DNA from: Treponema sp. UBA3649
Lineage (GTDB): Bacteria; Spirochaetota; Spirochaetia; Treponematales; Treponemataceae
Reading direction: 5' to 3'
NCBI GenBank assembly: GCA_002373325.1
Contig: DFKI01000160.1
Location: 35,525 to 89,983, forward strand
DNA length: 54,459 nucleotides
Made by a program: the position numbers and the translations under genes. Positions 1 to 9,870 of this stretch are shown piece by piece. The stretch's first letter is position 1. Each line of letters starts with the position of its first letter. The notes under the pieces are model-generated. The model was not told the origin of the DNA. It saw only the letters and a program-made list of their open reading frames with translations, and made no database searches.

Positions 1-240
1 CATGCCGTTGTTCATCATCTGGCCGTTCATCGGATTTTGCATCATGCCGCCATTCATCATCTGGCCGTTCATCGGATTTTGCATCATGCCGTTGTTCATC
101 ATCTGACCGCCCATTTGATTTTGCATCATGCCGCCATTCATCATCTGGCCGTTCATCGGATTTTGCATCATCATGCCACCATTCATCATCTGACCGCCCA
201 TTGGGTTTTGCATCATCATGCCGTTGTTCATCATCTGTCC
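1..240. repeat. Coding tandem repeat, 42-45 bp unit, about 5.5 copies visible
   Basis: Unit encodes GQMMN(N/G)GMM(M)QNPM(N/G) on the minus strand. Confidence 0.9.
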
Positions 241-285
241 ATCCATGGCCTGTCCGCTCATGTTCGGGTCGTTGGGATTAATCAT
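1..285 (-). CDS. 5' part of a gene running off the window, with a Met/Gln/Asn/Gly-rich repeat N-terminus; probably the YceH/TelA-like partner of yceG
   Basis: Not in the ORF track. GGAGG precedes ATG at 285 (in-frame alternative ATG at 297). Frame is open to base 1: MINPNDPNMSGQAMDGQMMNNGMMMQNPMGGQMMNGG... Lies directly after the yceG stop. Identity comes from gene context only. Confidence 0.75.
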   Translation of the reverse strand, partial: MINPNDPNMSGQAMDGQMMNNGMMMQNPMGGQMMNGGMMMQNPMNGQMMNGGMMQNQMGGQMMNNGMMQNPMNGQMMNGGMMQNPMNGQMMNNGM

Positions 286-298
286 TTCGCCCTCCATT

Positions 299-2578
299 TT
301 ACTTACCTCTTCCAAATAGTTTTTTTAGCAACTTACTTGCCTTATTAATAGGGGGAGTCGTCAGGTCCGGAATTGATAAATCATACTGATATTCACCAAT
401 CTGATGCTCTTCCACTAATTTCGTCGTGAAATATTTTTCAACACATTGATATCCTGTCGGAACAAAAAACAGAATATCAAAACCGATTAAGTTCAGGAAT
501 GTCGTTATAATTGTGTCTTCAAGCGAAAGTATTTTATCCGTCGTATTGACAAAAATAAGCTTCGGATTCTTTTTTGTAAAATCAAAGCTCTGAATCAGGC
601 GTACAATTTCTTTTGGCAGATTTAAGCACCAACCGATAATCGTATATTCCGTTCCATTTTCACCAATCCCTTTTATGAGCTTGCTGTTTATAAGCAGTTC
701 AATTTTATCAATAATATGATTCTGCATCTCTTCTCTTAAGATTGCATAAGGAAAATCAGGGTGATTCTTTATTTTATCCTTCAGTAATTTTCCGTTCTTA
801 TAAAATCCGGCGGCCAATCCCTTGAATTTGTTTGCGGCTCCAGATTCAATATAAGGAATTTTCGTAATCAGCATACTGTTGTCTGTTTTTAATTCCCTGA
901 TATAATCCCAATAAGCATCCAGATTTCCATCTTTTACGCCTGAAATCTTTGCAAAAATCACGGGAATGTCCACAAGATTATTTTCAACCCTAAAAAACTG
1001 CCTGAAGTTTACGGTGACATCCCACATGTCATGAATCTCTTCATATCGTGTTTGCAATTTTATTGAATTGGCTTTTGAAAACTGCTGGTTCCGATAAAAA
1101 CTGTTGGAATCATTGCACATCAGATCGGTAAATTCCCGCTCGGCATGAGACGCAACTGTTCCCATACGCACCATGGCTGAGTCCTCGGGGTATTTCTCCA
1201 GATTCAGGGATTCCGTATTGTTTTCCTCGTACAAGAGCTCATCGGAAAGACAGCATTTGGAATTCAAGTTCGGGCACAAAATCAGAACATCCACGGGGAT
1301 TCTTGCAAGCATCCGCAAAAAGTTCGACTCATTTTCGTTTTTGCATCCGCCCAAATAAATGAACACGCCCACTTCCGGAATCTTCCAGTTCGAGAAAAGC
1401 TCCCTGGCATATCGCCTTAACCAGCACAAGAGATAGACCGCCTTGCTTGAGAGCCTGTTGACGTTCGCATTCTCTTTCTGCGACTCCTCCAGCATGATGT
1501 CCACGAAGGCTTTCCTCATCAGTTTCTGGAGCTCGACGTTGCTTCCGTAACTTATGTTCTGCGTGATGTTAAGGATGAGCTGCTCGGTGGACGCATAATT
1601 GCCGCGACGTATCTCTCCTATCTCTTCCGGGGTCGGATTCGGAATCCTGCCGTTCACAATGACCAGATGACGCTTGGAGTTTTTCAAATCCTGCTGCATC
1701 CTGTAGAGTTGGTCGGAATAAATGTATTTGTCCTCCGCCCCGTTTATCCGCATAAAGGCATTGTAGACAAATTTCTCTTCCTTTCCTCGCATCAAAGTCG
1801 GTTCTTTTATAATCTCAAGGCCCCTCTGTCTTTCAATCCATGCGTTAGTACAAAGCGTCAGATTCGGCAACGCACCATAAAGACGTGTGCTGACCATTTC
1901 CTTTTTCGCATTTTCCCTGAGCTTTCCAAGATTAAAATCAGCGGGGAAGGGCTGGCCTCCGGAAATCAGCAAAGGAGTGGACATCTCGGATTTGGGATCA
2001 AGCTTCAAATATGCAGCGTCTCCCTTGTACTGGAGAAGGAGAATGTCGCACCCAGATTTGGAAAGGACAGAAAGAAGGAGCAGCTCATGGTTTGAGATGT
2101 TTCCCTCGTAGATGATTTTCGGAACGTCGTTGTTTCCAAGATTGATCAGCACCCTCTCAAACTTGTAATAGAGCCAGCAGAGAAATTTGACGTAAGTATT
2201 TTTTATGATGGTCTCATTTTTTCCTGCCTTAAGCATATTCTGAAAAACCGCAAGAAGAGCCATCGCCATGTCATGCCGCTGAACGTCATTCATTCTCGGA
2301 AGCCACTTTTTCAATCCTGTCTCCATAAAAGCGATTGAGGGCTTGAACTCATCCCCCATCATTTCCTTGTAGTAGGAAAGATTCTTTTGGTCTGGAGCAG
2401 GGATTCCACCTTCAATGACGACGCCGTTCTGTTTGGCCAGCTCATAGAATTTCGTGATCAGATTTTCTACGGTCCCGGCATAGTCGTTCACACGGTAAAA
2501 ATATACGTTCTTGCCGTTCCTTTTTGACAGGTCAGAGAAAAAATCATCAAAGCTGTTTGCAATTACGTGAGTAAACAT
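299..2578 (-). CDS. YceG family protein (ter-associated stress cluster)
   Basis: 759 aa with twice-occurring YceG-type motifs (CWLYY/CWLRRY, GCDILLL, IGFDILFFVPTGY); HpcH-like gene nearby. Confidence 0.8.
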   Translation of the reverse strand: MFTHVIANSFDDFFSDLSKRNGKNVYFYRVNDYAGTVENLITKFYELAKQNGVVIEGGIPAPDQKNLSYYKEMMGDEFKPSIAFMETGLKKWLPRMNDVQRHDMAMALLAVFQNMLKAGKNETIIKNTYVKFLCWLYYKFERVLINLGNNDVPKIIYEGNISNHELLLLSVLSKSGCDILLLQYKGDAAYLKLDPKSEMSTPLLISGGQPFPADFNLGKLRENAKKEMVSTRLYGALPNLTLCTNAWIERQRGLEIIKEPTLMRGKEEKFVYNAFMRINGAEDKYIYSDQLYRMQQDLKNSKRHLVIVNGRIPNPTPEEIGEIRRGNYASTEQLILNITQNISYGSNVELQKLMRKAFVDIMLEESQKENANVNRLSSKAVYLLCWLRRYARELFSNWKIPEVGVFIYLGGCKNENESNFLRMLARIPVDVLILCPNLNSKCCLSDELLYEENNTESLNLEKYPEDSAMVRMGTVASHAEREFTDLMCNDSNSFYRNQQFSKANSIKLQTRYEEIHDMWDVTVNFRQFFRVENNLVDIPVIFAKISGVKDGNLDAYWDYIRELKTDNSMLITKIPYIESGAANKFKGLAAGFYKNGKLLKDKIKNHPDFPYAILREEMQNHIIDKIELLINSKLIKGIGENGTEYTIIGWCLNLPKEIVRLIQSFDFTKKNPKLIFVNTTDKILSLEDTIITTFLNLIGFDILFFVPTGYQCVEKYFTTKLVEEHQIGEYQYDLSIPDLTTPPINKASKLLKKLFGRGK

Positions 2579-2593
2579 TTATTTCCCTTGCCG

Positions 2594-3190
2594 CTAGCGA
2601 GATGTATTATACATTTTGTTTTTATTCATGACATAACCCAAAACAGACCCCACGGCTCCCCCCAACAAATGCGCCAAATTAGAAACATTGTCGTTTACGA
2701 AAATGGCTGAATAAATCTGCTGTCCTATATAAATCAAGGCAACGAGAATGAAAGTTATCGGTATTTTTCTTTCCTTCGTGCATGTGAAGGATGAAAGAAG
2801 TATGCAGGCAAAAACCACCCCGCTCGCACCAAGCAATCTTACGCCGGGGAAAAAAAAGAAATTCACAAGTCCTGTCACGAGAGCGGTCGCCAATATGACG
2901 AAGAGCATGTTCCATGAGCCGTACTTTTCCTCAAGGAGCGGTCCCACGACAAGAAGCATTGTGATGTTGCCGAACAGATGATTCCAATCCGCGTGTCCGA
3001 GCACATGAGTGAACATACGCAGATAGGTAAGGGGACTTGCTAAGGATGAGCGGTAGACGCTGAAAAAGGAGACCGTAGTTCTGCCCGCCGTAATAAAATC
3101 AAGGACAAGGACAATGAAACAGAGAATCGTGAATGTAAGAATTACCGGCGAATTAAATGACAGGCTTACTTTTTTTTCACTATTCATCAA
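2594..3190 (-). CDS. Rhomboid family intramembrane serine protease
   Basis: HLFGN, GASG catalytic Ser, AHLLGG catalytic His, multiple TM segments, AGGAGG RBS. Confidence 0.92.
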   Translation of the reverse strand: MMNSEKKVSLSFNSPVILTFTILCFIVLVLDFITAGRTTVSFFSVYRSSLASPLTYLRMFTHVLGHADWNHLFGNITMLLVVGPLLEEKYGSWNMLFVILATALVTGLVNFFFFPGVRLLGASGVVFACILLSSFTCTKERKIPITFILVALIYIGQQIYSAIFVNDNVSNLAHLLGGAVGSVLGYVMNKNKMYNTSR

Positions 3191-3339
3191 ATCTCCTCCT
3201 ATTTTATTATACTATTTTCATTATACCATATTCTAGCACAGTTTTGCAATAAAGCAAGTTTTATTCAAGAATTTCCCGGCTATATTTTGAAAAAACACAG
3301 TAGATTTGCACTTGCCTTCTACAGTTCTCATGCCGACGG

Positions 3340-3367
3340 TTGAAAAATTAATTTTTTTTGCTATAAT
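3340..3367 (+). promoter_or_regulatory. Sigma70-like promoter, probably giving a leaderless mRNA
   Basis: TTGAAA-N16-TATAAT with extended TG; ATG at 3375 is 7 nt downstream with no SD. Confidence 0.55.
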
Positions 3368-3374
3368 GGGAAAC

Positions 3375-4343
3375 ATGAAAAATGAGAGTATTTATTACAG
3401 TGTAGGAGCTCTCCTCTATTGTCCTGCAAATAAACAGAGCTTGTCAGATTCAATCATAAATGAAAAATTCGGAAAAAAATATTCCCTTGCCATTTGCCTC
3501 GAAGACTCCATAAACGACAATTTTGTTGAGGAAGCCGAAAAGCAGCTTGTCGATACGCTCAGGAAAATACATGAGTCGCGAGAAGAGAGACAGTTTTATG
3601 TTCCCAAAATTTTTATCCGCGTAAGAAACCCGGAGCAAATCACCGGCCTCTATTCCAGATTCGGAGACGAGAAGGAAATGCTCACAGGATTCATTGTCCC
3701 GAAATTCTCTCTGGACAACTCGGAGGATTACATAAGCTCCATGGCAGAAATAAACGAAGCGAGCCACAGAAAAATCTTTTTAATGCCCATATACGAAAGC
3801 TCGTCCATCATTGACCTGCGCACCAGATTCGGAACCCTTTACACATTGAAGGAAAGACTTTCACAGATTGAAGAGCTCGTCCTGAACATACGCGTAGGAG
3901 GAAACGACCTGTGCCACAATTTCGGTTTCAGGCGGCACTCGGATGAGTCCATACACAGAATCAAGCCCGTCTCGGACATTTTTTCCGACATCGTAACCGT
4001 ATATGGAACGGATTATATTGTCTCTGGTCCCGTCTGGGAGTATTATTCCGGCGAAAATTGGAAGGAGGGTCTGATTCAGGAGATAAAGGACGACCAGCTC
4101 TGCGGCTTCACTGGAAAAACCGTCATACATCCGAATCAGATTTCCGTCGTCAACGAGGCGTACAAAGTCTGCAAGACGGATTACGAGGATGCAAAATCCA
4201 TCCTGAGCTGGAACTGCAAGACCGATGATTACGTGCTCAGCTCACACACAAAGGAAAGGATGAACGAATACAAGACCCACACCAACTGGGCACGGAAAAC
4301 TCTGTTTCTTGCGGAGGAATTCGGCATAAAAGGCTGCGACTGA
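3375..4343 (+). CDS. HpcH/HpaI aldolase/citrate lyase family protein (ter-associated type)
   Basis: GALLYCPA, ICLEDSI, NIRVGGNDL, GKTVIHPNQ motifs; start moved from track 3306 to ATG 3375. Confidence 0.85.
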   Translation: MKNESIYYSVGALLYCPANKQSLSDSIINEKFGKKYSLAICLEDSINDNFVEEAEKQLVDTLRKIHESREERQFYVPKIFIRVRNPEQITGLYSRFGDEKEMLTGFIVPKFSLDNSEDYISSMAEINEASHRKIFLMPIYESSSIIDLRTRFGTLYTLKERLSQIEELVLNIRVGGNDLCHNFGFRRHSDESIHRIKPVSDIFSDIVTVYGTDYIVSGPVWEYYSGENWKEGLIQEIKDDQLCGFTGKTVIHPNQISVVNEAYKVCKTDYEDAKSILSWNCKTDDYVLSSHTKERMNEYKTHTNWARKTLFLAEEFGIKGCD

Positions 4344-4474
4344 CTGCTGATTTATCCCCTTTTACTCTGTCACCCTCAATCTGTACCCACGGAAAAGAAA
4401 AAATTCCCTAAAATTCGGCATTTTTCTCTAAACAAAATAAAAAATCTGTGATACAATGAGGGCAAGGTGCAAAA

Positions 4475-5272
4475 ATGAAATCGATCGCGAACTATCACAC
4501 ACACACGGAACTCTGCAAACACGCCAAAGGAAAGCCTCTTGATTATGTGAATCAGGCGGTGAAGGAAGGATGTCTTGAGCTTGGATTCTCTGACCATTGC
4601 CCCTACCCGGATTCGTTCAACGACGTTTGGCCGGGCATAAGGATGAGCGAAAATCAGATACCGACCTACAAAGAATGGGTACAGATTGCAAAAGATTCGG
4701 CTCCCTTTCCGGTTTACTGCGGCTTTGAATGTGAGTGGGACAGGGATTTTGAAAGCTGGTACCGGGACGGACTTCTTGGAAAATATGGGGCGGACTATCT
4801 CATTTTGGGCTCGCATTGGTGCACAATTGGAAGCAGCCACGTTTATTGCCCCGAGATGGATTTCAAGGATTTGAACAGATACATCGACCAGACCATAGAC
4901 GGAATGAGGAGCGGACTCTTTTCATTTCTTGCCCACCCGGATTTGTTCATGAAGGGCTACAAGGAGTGGGACGAGCAGTCAAAGGCATGTCTCAAGGCGA
5001 TTTTGGACGCTGCCGTGGATTTGAACATGCCCCTTGAAATCAACGGACTTGGAGCAAGCAGGACACCGAATGAAACTTCACGCGGAATGCGGTATCAGTA
5101 CCCCTATGTGGAGTTCTGGGAGATGGTGGCGGAGACAAAGGTTCCCGTAATCTGCTCTTCCGACGCGCACGATCCGCTTGATGTGATTATGAACGCATGG
5201 AAGTCCCGGGATTTTGCATCGCGATTCGGAATTCAGGTTCTGGAGCGCATAAATGTTCCCGGCAAGCATTGA
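4475..5272 (+). CDS. PHP family phosphatase (HisJ/histidinol-phosphatase-like)
   Basis: YHTHT, FSDH, AHPD, SDAH metal-binding motifs. Confidence 0.88.
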   Translation: MKSIANYHTHTELCKHAKGKPLDYVNQAVKEGCLELGFSDHCPYPDSFNDVWPGIRMSENQIPTYKEWVQIAKDSAPFPVYCGFECEWDRDFESWYRDGLLGKYGADYLILGSHWCTIGSSHVYCPEMDFKDLNRYIDQTIDGMRSGLFSFLAHPDLFMKGYKEWDEQSKACLKAILDAAVDLNMPLEINGLGASRTPNETSRGMRYQYPYVEFWEMVAETKVPVICSSDAHDPLDVIMNAWKSRDFASRFGIQVLERINVPGKH

Positions 5273-5295
5273 TTGAAAATCAGAGTGGAGGAAAA

Positions 5296-6720
5296 ATGAG
5301 CGTTATCAGTTTTACAAAGGACACGAGCAGTAAAATCAAACTCTACTATCAGCTCTACGAAAGATTTACTGAAGAAATCAAAAGTGGAGCGTTAAAACCG
5401 AAGACAAAGCTCCCCTCCATCAGACAGACCGCCGAGGATTTTTCCCTAAGCAAAAACACGGTGACAAAAGCATATTCCATGCTTGAAAAAAACGGCTTCA
5501 TTTATTCCGAGGAAAAACGCGGATATTTTGTGAACAAAATCTCTGACATGAGCATGGAACAGGACAGTGAAGTTCAGAGCAAGGAGACAAAAGAAGAAAA
5601 TGAGGACAGCTCCATTCCGACCGTCGAATCAATCCTAAAGCAACGGGGCTCATCAATCCTGCAGGATGAAATTTCTTCCGAGGCATCCGAACTTTCCTCA
5701 GTGATTGCAGAGTCCATTTCCGCCGTCCGAAAACTGAACATACCGACTGTGGACAAAATCGTCGCACAAGAAACAGAATCTGTACCCCAAAAAGAGACGC
5801 AGCCGGAAGAAACTGTACCCCAAAAAGAAGATGTGGTCATCAAAGAGCCGGAACCTGAAAATGAAGACGGCATAAAGTCCAAAATCGCTAAAATCTGTAC
5901 CCATGTTTTGTGCGGAGATCCAGAGGACACAGACAAGGCATCTGACCCCTTCGGAGAAAAGAGTTTTAGGGCAGCCATAGCAAGTTTCCTGAAATCAAAC
6001 CTGAACATCCACACAGTTCCCGAACAGATTGTAGTCTCATCCGACGCAAGCCACTTGTTGAGGTCAATTCTTTCGCTTCAGACAATCCGGGAGCCATTTG
6101 AAAAATCCAACGGCATGGGACTTTTAAAACTTGCCGACAAACTGTCATCCGGATCTGCCACCCCCATCAAAGCGATGACAGGACTTGCAAAGGGTACAGA
6201 TGAAAAGACCAAGCGGATTTTTTCCAAATCAAAGCTGCCCTACCGTGAGATTCCATCCGACGAGCTTGGACTGAATCCACAGAATCCGGAAAACGCTGAC
6301 TCCACATCCATTTTTATAGTACCGGGAGATTTGAAGCCGCTTACGACAGGTGACAGCAACGAGCGCATCTGGACGATTTTGGACTGGGCATATCAGGTTT
6401 CATACCGGCACATCATCGAGTACGACACTCTTCCGCTCTTTAAGGAAAAATCATCGGGGGACACGGAATACTTACGCATAAAAAGCTCGGACTTACGAAA
6501 CAAAGTCATCTATATAAATTCTTTCGAAAATCTACTCTGGAGCGGATTCAAGGCGGCATTTGCGGTTCTTCCCTCGGCGGTCTGTGCGGATTACCATCAG
6601 TTTTACGACTACCTCCCTTGTCCCCTGTCCCTTTTGGAGCAGCAGATTTTAACCGAATTTATAAATGGCGGAAATTTAGAGCAAATATCGAGAGGCTTAT
6701 ATGGCAAAGAAAAAGACTGA
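5296..6720 (+). CDS. GntR/MocR-like regulator with long acidic linker and degenerate aminotransferase domain
   Basis: N-terminal wHTH (KLPSIRQTA...SKNTVTKAY...EEKRGYFV); C-terminal MocR-like remnants (DPFGEKSFR, IIEYD, VIYINSF); GGAGG before ATG 5296. Confidence 0.8.
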   Translation: MSVISFTKDTSSKIKLYYQLYERFTEEIKSGALKPKTKLPSIRQTAEDFSLSKNTVTKAYSMLEKNGFIYSEEKRGYFVNKISDMSMEQDSEVQSKETKEENEDSSIPTVESILKQRGSSILQDEISSEASELSSVIAESISAVRKLNIPTVDKIVAQETESVPQKETQPEETVPQKEDVVIKEPEPENEDGIKSKIAKICTHVLCGDPEDTDKASDPFGEKSFRAAIASFLKSNLNIHTVPEQIVVSSDASHLLRSILSLQTIREPFEKSNGMGLLKLADKLSSGSATPIKAMTGLAKGTDEKTKRIFSKSKLPYREIPSDELGLNPQNPENADSTSIFIVPGDLKPLTTGDSNERIWTILDWAYQVSYRHIIEYDTLPLFKEKSSGDTEYLRIKSSDLRNKVIYINSFENLLWSGFKAAFAVLPSAVCADYHQFYDYLPCPLSLLEQQILTEFINGGNLEQISRGLYGKEKD

Positions 6721-8134
6721 AACGGAATCTGTTCGTCAGGACGATGTTATGCCGGAGCAGGAAAAAAATCGCATTCACACTTTGGTCGAAAATCAGAGGA
6801 AATATTTCAGAAGCGGAGAGACTAAAAGCATAAAGCACCGAAAGCGCGCGTTGAAATCACTTTATTCCGTAATCAAACACCATGAGAGCGAAATCTTTGA
6901 GGCACTCAGGACGGATTTGGGAAAGCCTGATTTTGAATCCTTTACGACGGAGCTCGGACTTGTACTCCATGAAATCAGTGTCCAGAGAAAAAATCTGAAA
7001 AAATGGTCCAAGCCGAAAAAAGCAAAAACCACATTTCTCTCCTATCCGGCAAAGGCAAAAATCTTTCCAGAGCCATTCGGAACCACACTGATTATGTCTC
7101 CCTGGAACTACCCCGTGCTTCTTTCCCTCCAACCTTTGGTGACAGCCATTGCAGCGGGAAACACGGCCATTGTAAAAACATCCGAGTACAGTCCGGCCAC
7201 AAGCGAAATTCTTGAGACAATCATTCAGGAAAGTTTTGACCCAAGTTTTGTCGCACTGGTCAAAGGCGGATTTTTGGCAAACCAGCTTCTCCTGAACGAA
7301 ACTTTTGATTTTATCTTTTTTACCGGAAGTCCTTCGGTCGGAAAAGTGGTCATGGAAAACGCTGCGAAAAATCTTACGCCGGTGTGTCTGGAACTTGGAG
7401 GAAAAAGTCCCTGCATCGTGGATGAAAGCGCAAATCTTCCCATCGCTGCAAGAAGAATTGTCTGGGGTAAACTTTTGAACGCCGGTCAAACATGCGTGGC
7501 CCCGGATTATATTTTGGTGCACGAGTCCCAGAAAAAAGATTTGCTCACTCAGATATCGGATGAAATCGCATTGCAATACGGAGACAATCCCATTGAAAAT
7601 CCTGAGTATCCGAAAATCATCAACACGAAACATTTTTGCAGGCTCTATTCCCTTGCCCCGTCAGCCCAGGTGGACACAGCATCCAACAAGATTGCGCCGA
7701 CCGTTTTGGATTTAGGAGACATCCACAGTGAGCAGGCCCTGACCCATCCGTGTATGCGCGAAGAGATTTTCGGTCCCATTTTCCCCATAATCACCTACAC
7801 AGATTTGGAAGACGTGATTGATTTTATCTACACGAGGCCGTCCCCGCTTGCACTCTATCTTTTCAGCCAGGACAAGGCGGTACAGAAAAAGATTCTTTCA
7901 ACGCTTCGGTTCGGAGGAGGCTGCTTGAACGACGTGATTTTACATCTCACGCCCACGGAACTTCCTTTTGGCGGCATAGGACAAAGCGGCATGGGACAGT
8001 ACCACGGCAAATACGGATTCGACACATTCACCCATCTGAAAAGCGTCCTGATTCAATCCCCAAAAACTGACATGAAATACAGATACGCACCGCATAAAAA
8101 TCACTTGAAGCTGGTCAGAAAAATTTTGAAGTAA
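6701..8134 (+). CDS. Aldehyde dehydrogenase (family 3-like)
   Basis: PWNYP, FTGS, LELGGKSP, GQTCVAPD, EEIFGP. Confidence 0.95.
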   Translation: MAKKKTETESVRQDDVMPEQEKNRIHTLVENQRKYFRSGETKSIKHRKRALKSLYSVIKHHESEIFEALRTDLGKPDFESFTTELGLVLHEISVQRKNLKKWSKPKKAKTTFLSYPAKAKIFPEPFGTTLIMSPWNYPVLLSLQPLVTAIAAGNTAIVKTSEYSPATSEILETIIQESFDPSFVALVKGGFLANQLLLNETFDFIFFTGSPSVGKVVMENAAKNLTPVCLELGGKSPCIVDESANLPIAARRIVWGKLLNAGQTCVAPDYILVHESQKKDLLTQISDEIALQYGDNPIENPEYPKIINTKHFCRLYSLAPSAQVDTASNKIAPTVLDLGDIHSEQALTHPCMREEIFGPIFPIITYTDLEDVIDFIYTRPSPLALYLFSQDKAVQKKILSTLRFGGGCLNDVILHLTPTELPFGGIGQSGMGQYHGKYGFDTFTHLKSVLIQSPKTDMKYRYAPHKNHLKLVRKILK

Positions 8135-8149
8135 TTTGGGTGAGTTGAT

Positions 8150-9844
8150 ATGAAAACATATTACGAGATTCTTTTTGCACTTTCTGTAACGTTGTCCGGA
8201 ACATACGCCCTTATCTGGAGAAAGAGATTCAGCGTCTATTTTACGCTGCTTTTTATTCTCATCCCCTTCACCATCCGTGGCTATATCCTTCAGACAAGCG
8301 CGGAGTCTCTTGGACAGGCGATCAGCGGAATAAAACTCGCGTACCAGGGAGCGACATTCCTGCTCTTTTTTATGATGCTTGCAATCTGCGACCTGTGCAA
8401 CATGAATCTCTCGAAACCCGTAAAGGTAATTCTCTTTATTGTCTCCTGGCTAGTCTATCTTCCGGTTCTCTCGGTGGGCTCGGCACCTCTTTTCTACAAG
8501 AACGTGAGGCTTGATTTTGTAAACGGGGAGCCTCTGATAGTCAGGGAATACGGGCCCTTCCACACGGTCTTTTATGTTTTTCTCGCAACCTATCTCGGAA
8601 TCTCAATCACCACGATTATTTACAGCCTGATTAAGAAAAAATCCGTCTCCCAAAAGAACCTCCTGATTCTCTTGTTCTGCGAGTGCTCCGCCATCGTCCT
8701 TTACATGAGCCAGCACATTTTCCACACAAGGATGGATTTTTCTCCGCTCTCGTACATAATCAGCGAATTGATTATGCTCATCATCATAAGGCGCGTCTCG
8801 CTCTACGACATAACCGAAAGCGCGATTGACACAATCTCCATGAACGGGGGAACCGGCTTCATTTCCTTCGACAATAATTTTTCCTACATAGCGTCGAACA
8901 AACTCGCAAAAAAAGTTTTTCCTTCCTTAAATGAACTTTGGATAGATTCGAAGGCCACAAAAAATGAGAGCCTGAATTCCGAGCTCATCTCAAAAATCCG
9001 CGAATTCAAAAAGGACAACACCAAGTCCCATTTTCTGAAAGAGTGCGGGGACAAAATCTACAAGATAAGCATGGATTTTCTTTATGCCGGAAAACGCAAG
9101 CAGGGCTATCTGATAAACATCGAGGACGACACGCAGAACCAAAAATACATTTTGTTCCTCAACAAATTCAATGACCGACTCAAGGACGAGGTGGCCAGAA
9201 AAACAGAGAACATCGAAAGGATGCACGACAATCTGATTCTGGGCATGGCAACCATGGTGGAAAGCCGCGACAACTCGACCGGGGGACACATCAAGAGAAC
9301 GAGCTACGTGGTCAAGCTTCTTGTTGACGAGATTATGAAAGACAAAAGCGAGGGAGCCCTGAAACTTTCAAAAAAATTCTGCCACAATCTCATAAAGGCA
9401 GCCCCAATGCACGACCTTGGAAAGATTGCCGTAGACGATGCTATCCTGAGAAAGCCCGGAAGATTTACGCCGGAGGAATTCGACGCGATGAAAACTCACA
9501 CGAGCGAGGGAGCGCGCATTGTCCACGAGATTCTTGAGGGAACCGATGACGGAGATTTCCGGATCCTTGCAGAAAACGTGGCCCACTATCACCATGAGAG
9601 GTGGGACGGCTCGGGCTATCCCAAGGGACTTAAAGGCGGGGAGATTCCTCTTGAGGCTCGTATTATGACGGTGGCAGATGTGTACGACGCGCTTGTGAGC
9701 AAGAGGGTCTACAAAGAAAGCATGAGTTTTGAGGATGCAGATAAAATCATCATGGAAGGGATGGGAAAGCATTTTGACAAGCAGCTTGAAAAATACTATG
9801 TGGCAGCCCGTCCGAAACTTGAGGCATATTATGCAAATCTCTAG
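8150..9844 (+). CDS. Membrane-bound HD-GYP phosphodiesterase with N-terminal multi-TM sensor
   Basis: About 7 hydrophobic helices followed by MHDLGK and HHERWDGSGYP. Confidence 0.9.
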   Translation: MKTYYEILFALSVTLSGTYALIWRKRFSVYFTLLFILIPFTIRGYILQTSAESLGQAISGIKLAYQGATFLLFFMMLAICDLCNMNLSKPVKVILFIVSWLVYLPVLSVGSAPLFYKNVRLDFVNGEPLIVREYGPFHTVFYVFLATYLGISITTIIYSLIKKKSVSQKNLLILLFCECSAIVLYMSQHIFHTRMDFSPLSYIISELIMLIIIRRVSLYDITESAIDTISMNGGTGFISFDNNFSYIASNKLAKKVFPSLNELWIDSKATKNESLNSELISKIREFKKDNTKSHFLKECGDKIYKISMDFLYAGKRKQGYLINIEDDTQNQKYILFLNKFNDRLKDEVARKTENIERMHDNLILGMATMVESRDNSTGGHIKRTSYVVKLLVDEIMKDKSEGALKLSKKFCHNLIKAAPMHDLGKIAVDDAILRKPGRFTPEEFDAMKTHTSEGARIVHEILEGTDDGDFRILAENVAHYHHERWDGSGYPKGLKGGEIPLEARIMTVADVYDALVSKRVYKESMSFEDADKIIMEGMGKHFDKQLEKYYVAARPKLEAYYANL

Positions 9845-9870
9845 CGAAAGTCTTAGTCAGGAGGATTTAT

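Noticed and set aside
1-240. Possible CRISPR array
   Set aside because: Contiguous codon-multiple repeats with no unique spacers, and no cas genes nearby
37-348. His-rich 103-aa ORF on the + strand
   Set aside because: Shadow of the Met-rich minus-strand gene (CAT is the reverse complement of ATG); it has no RBS and overlaps yceG antisense
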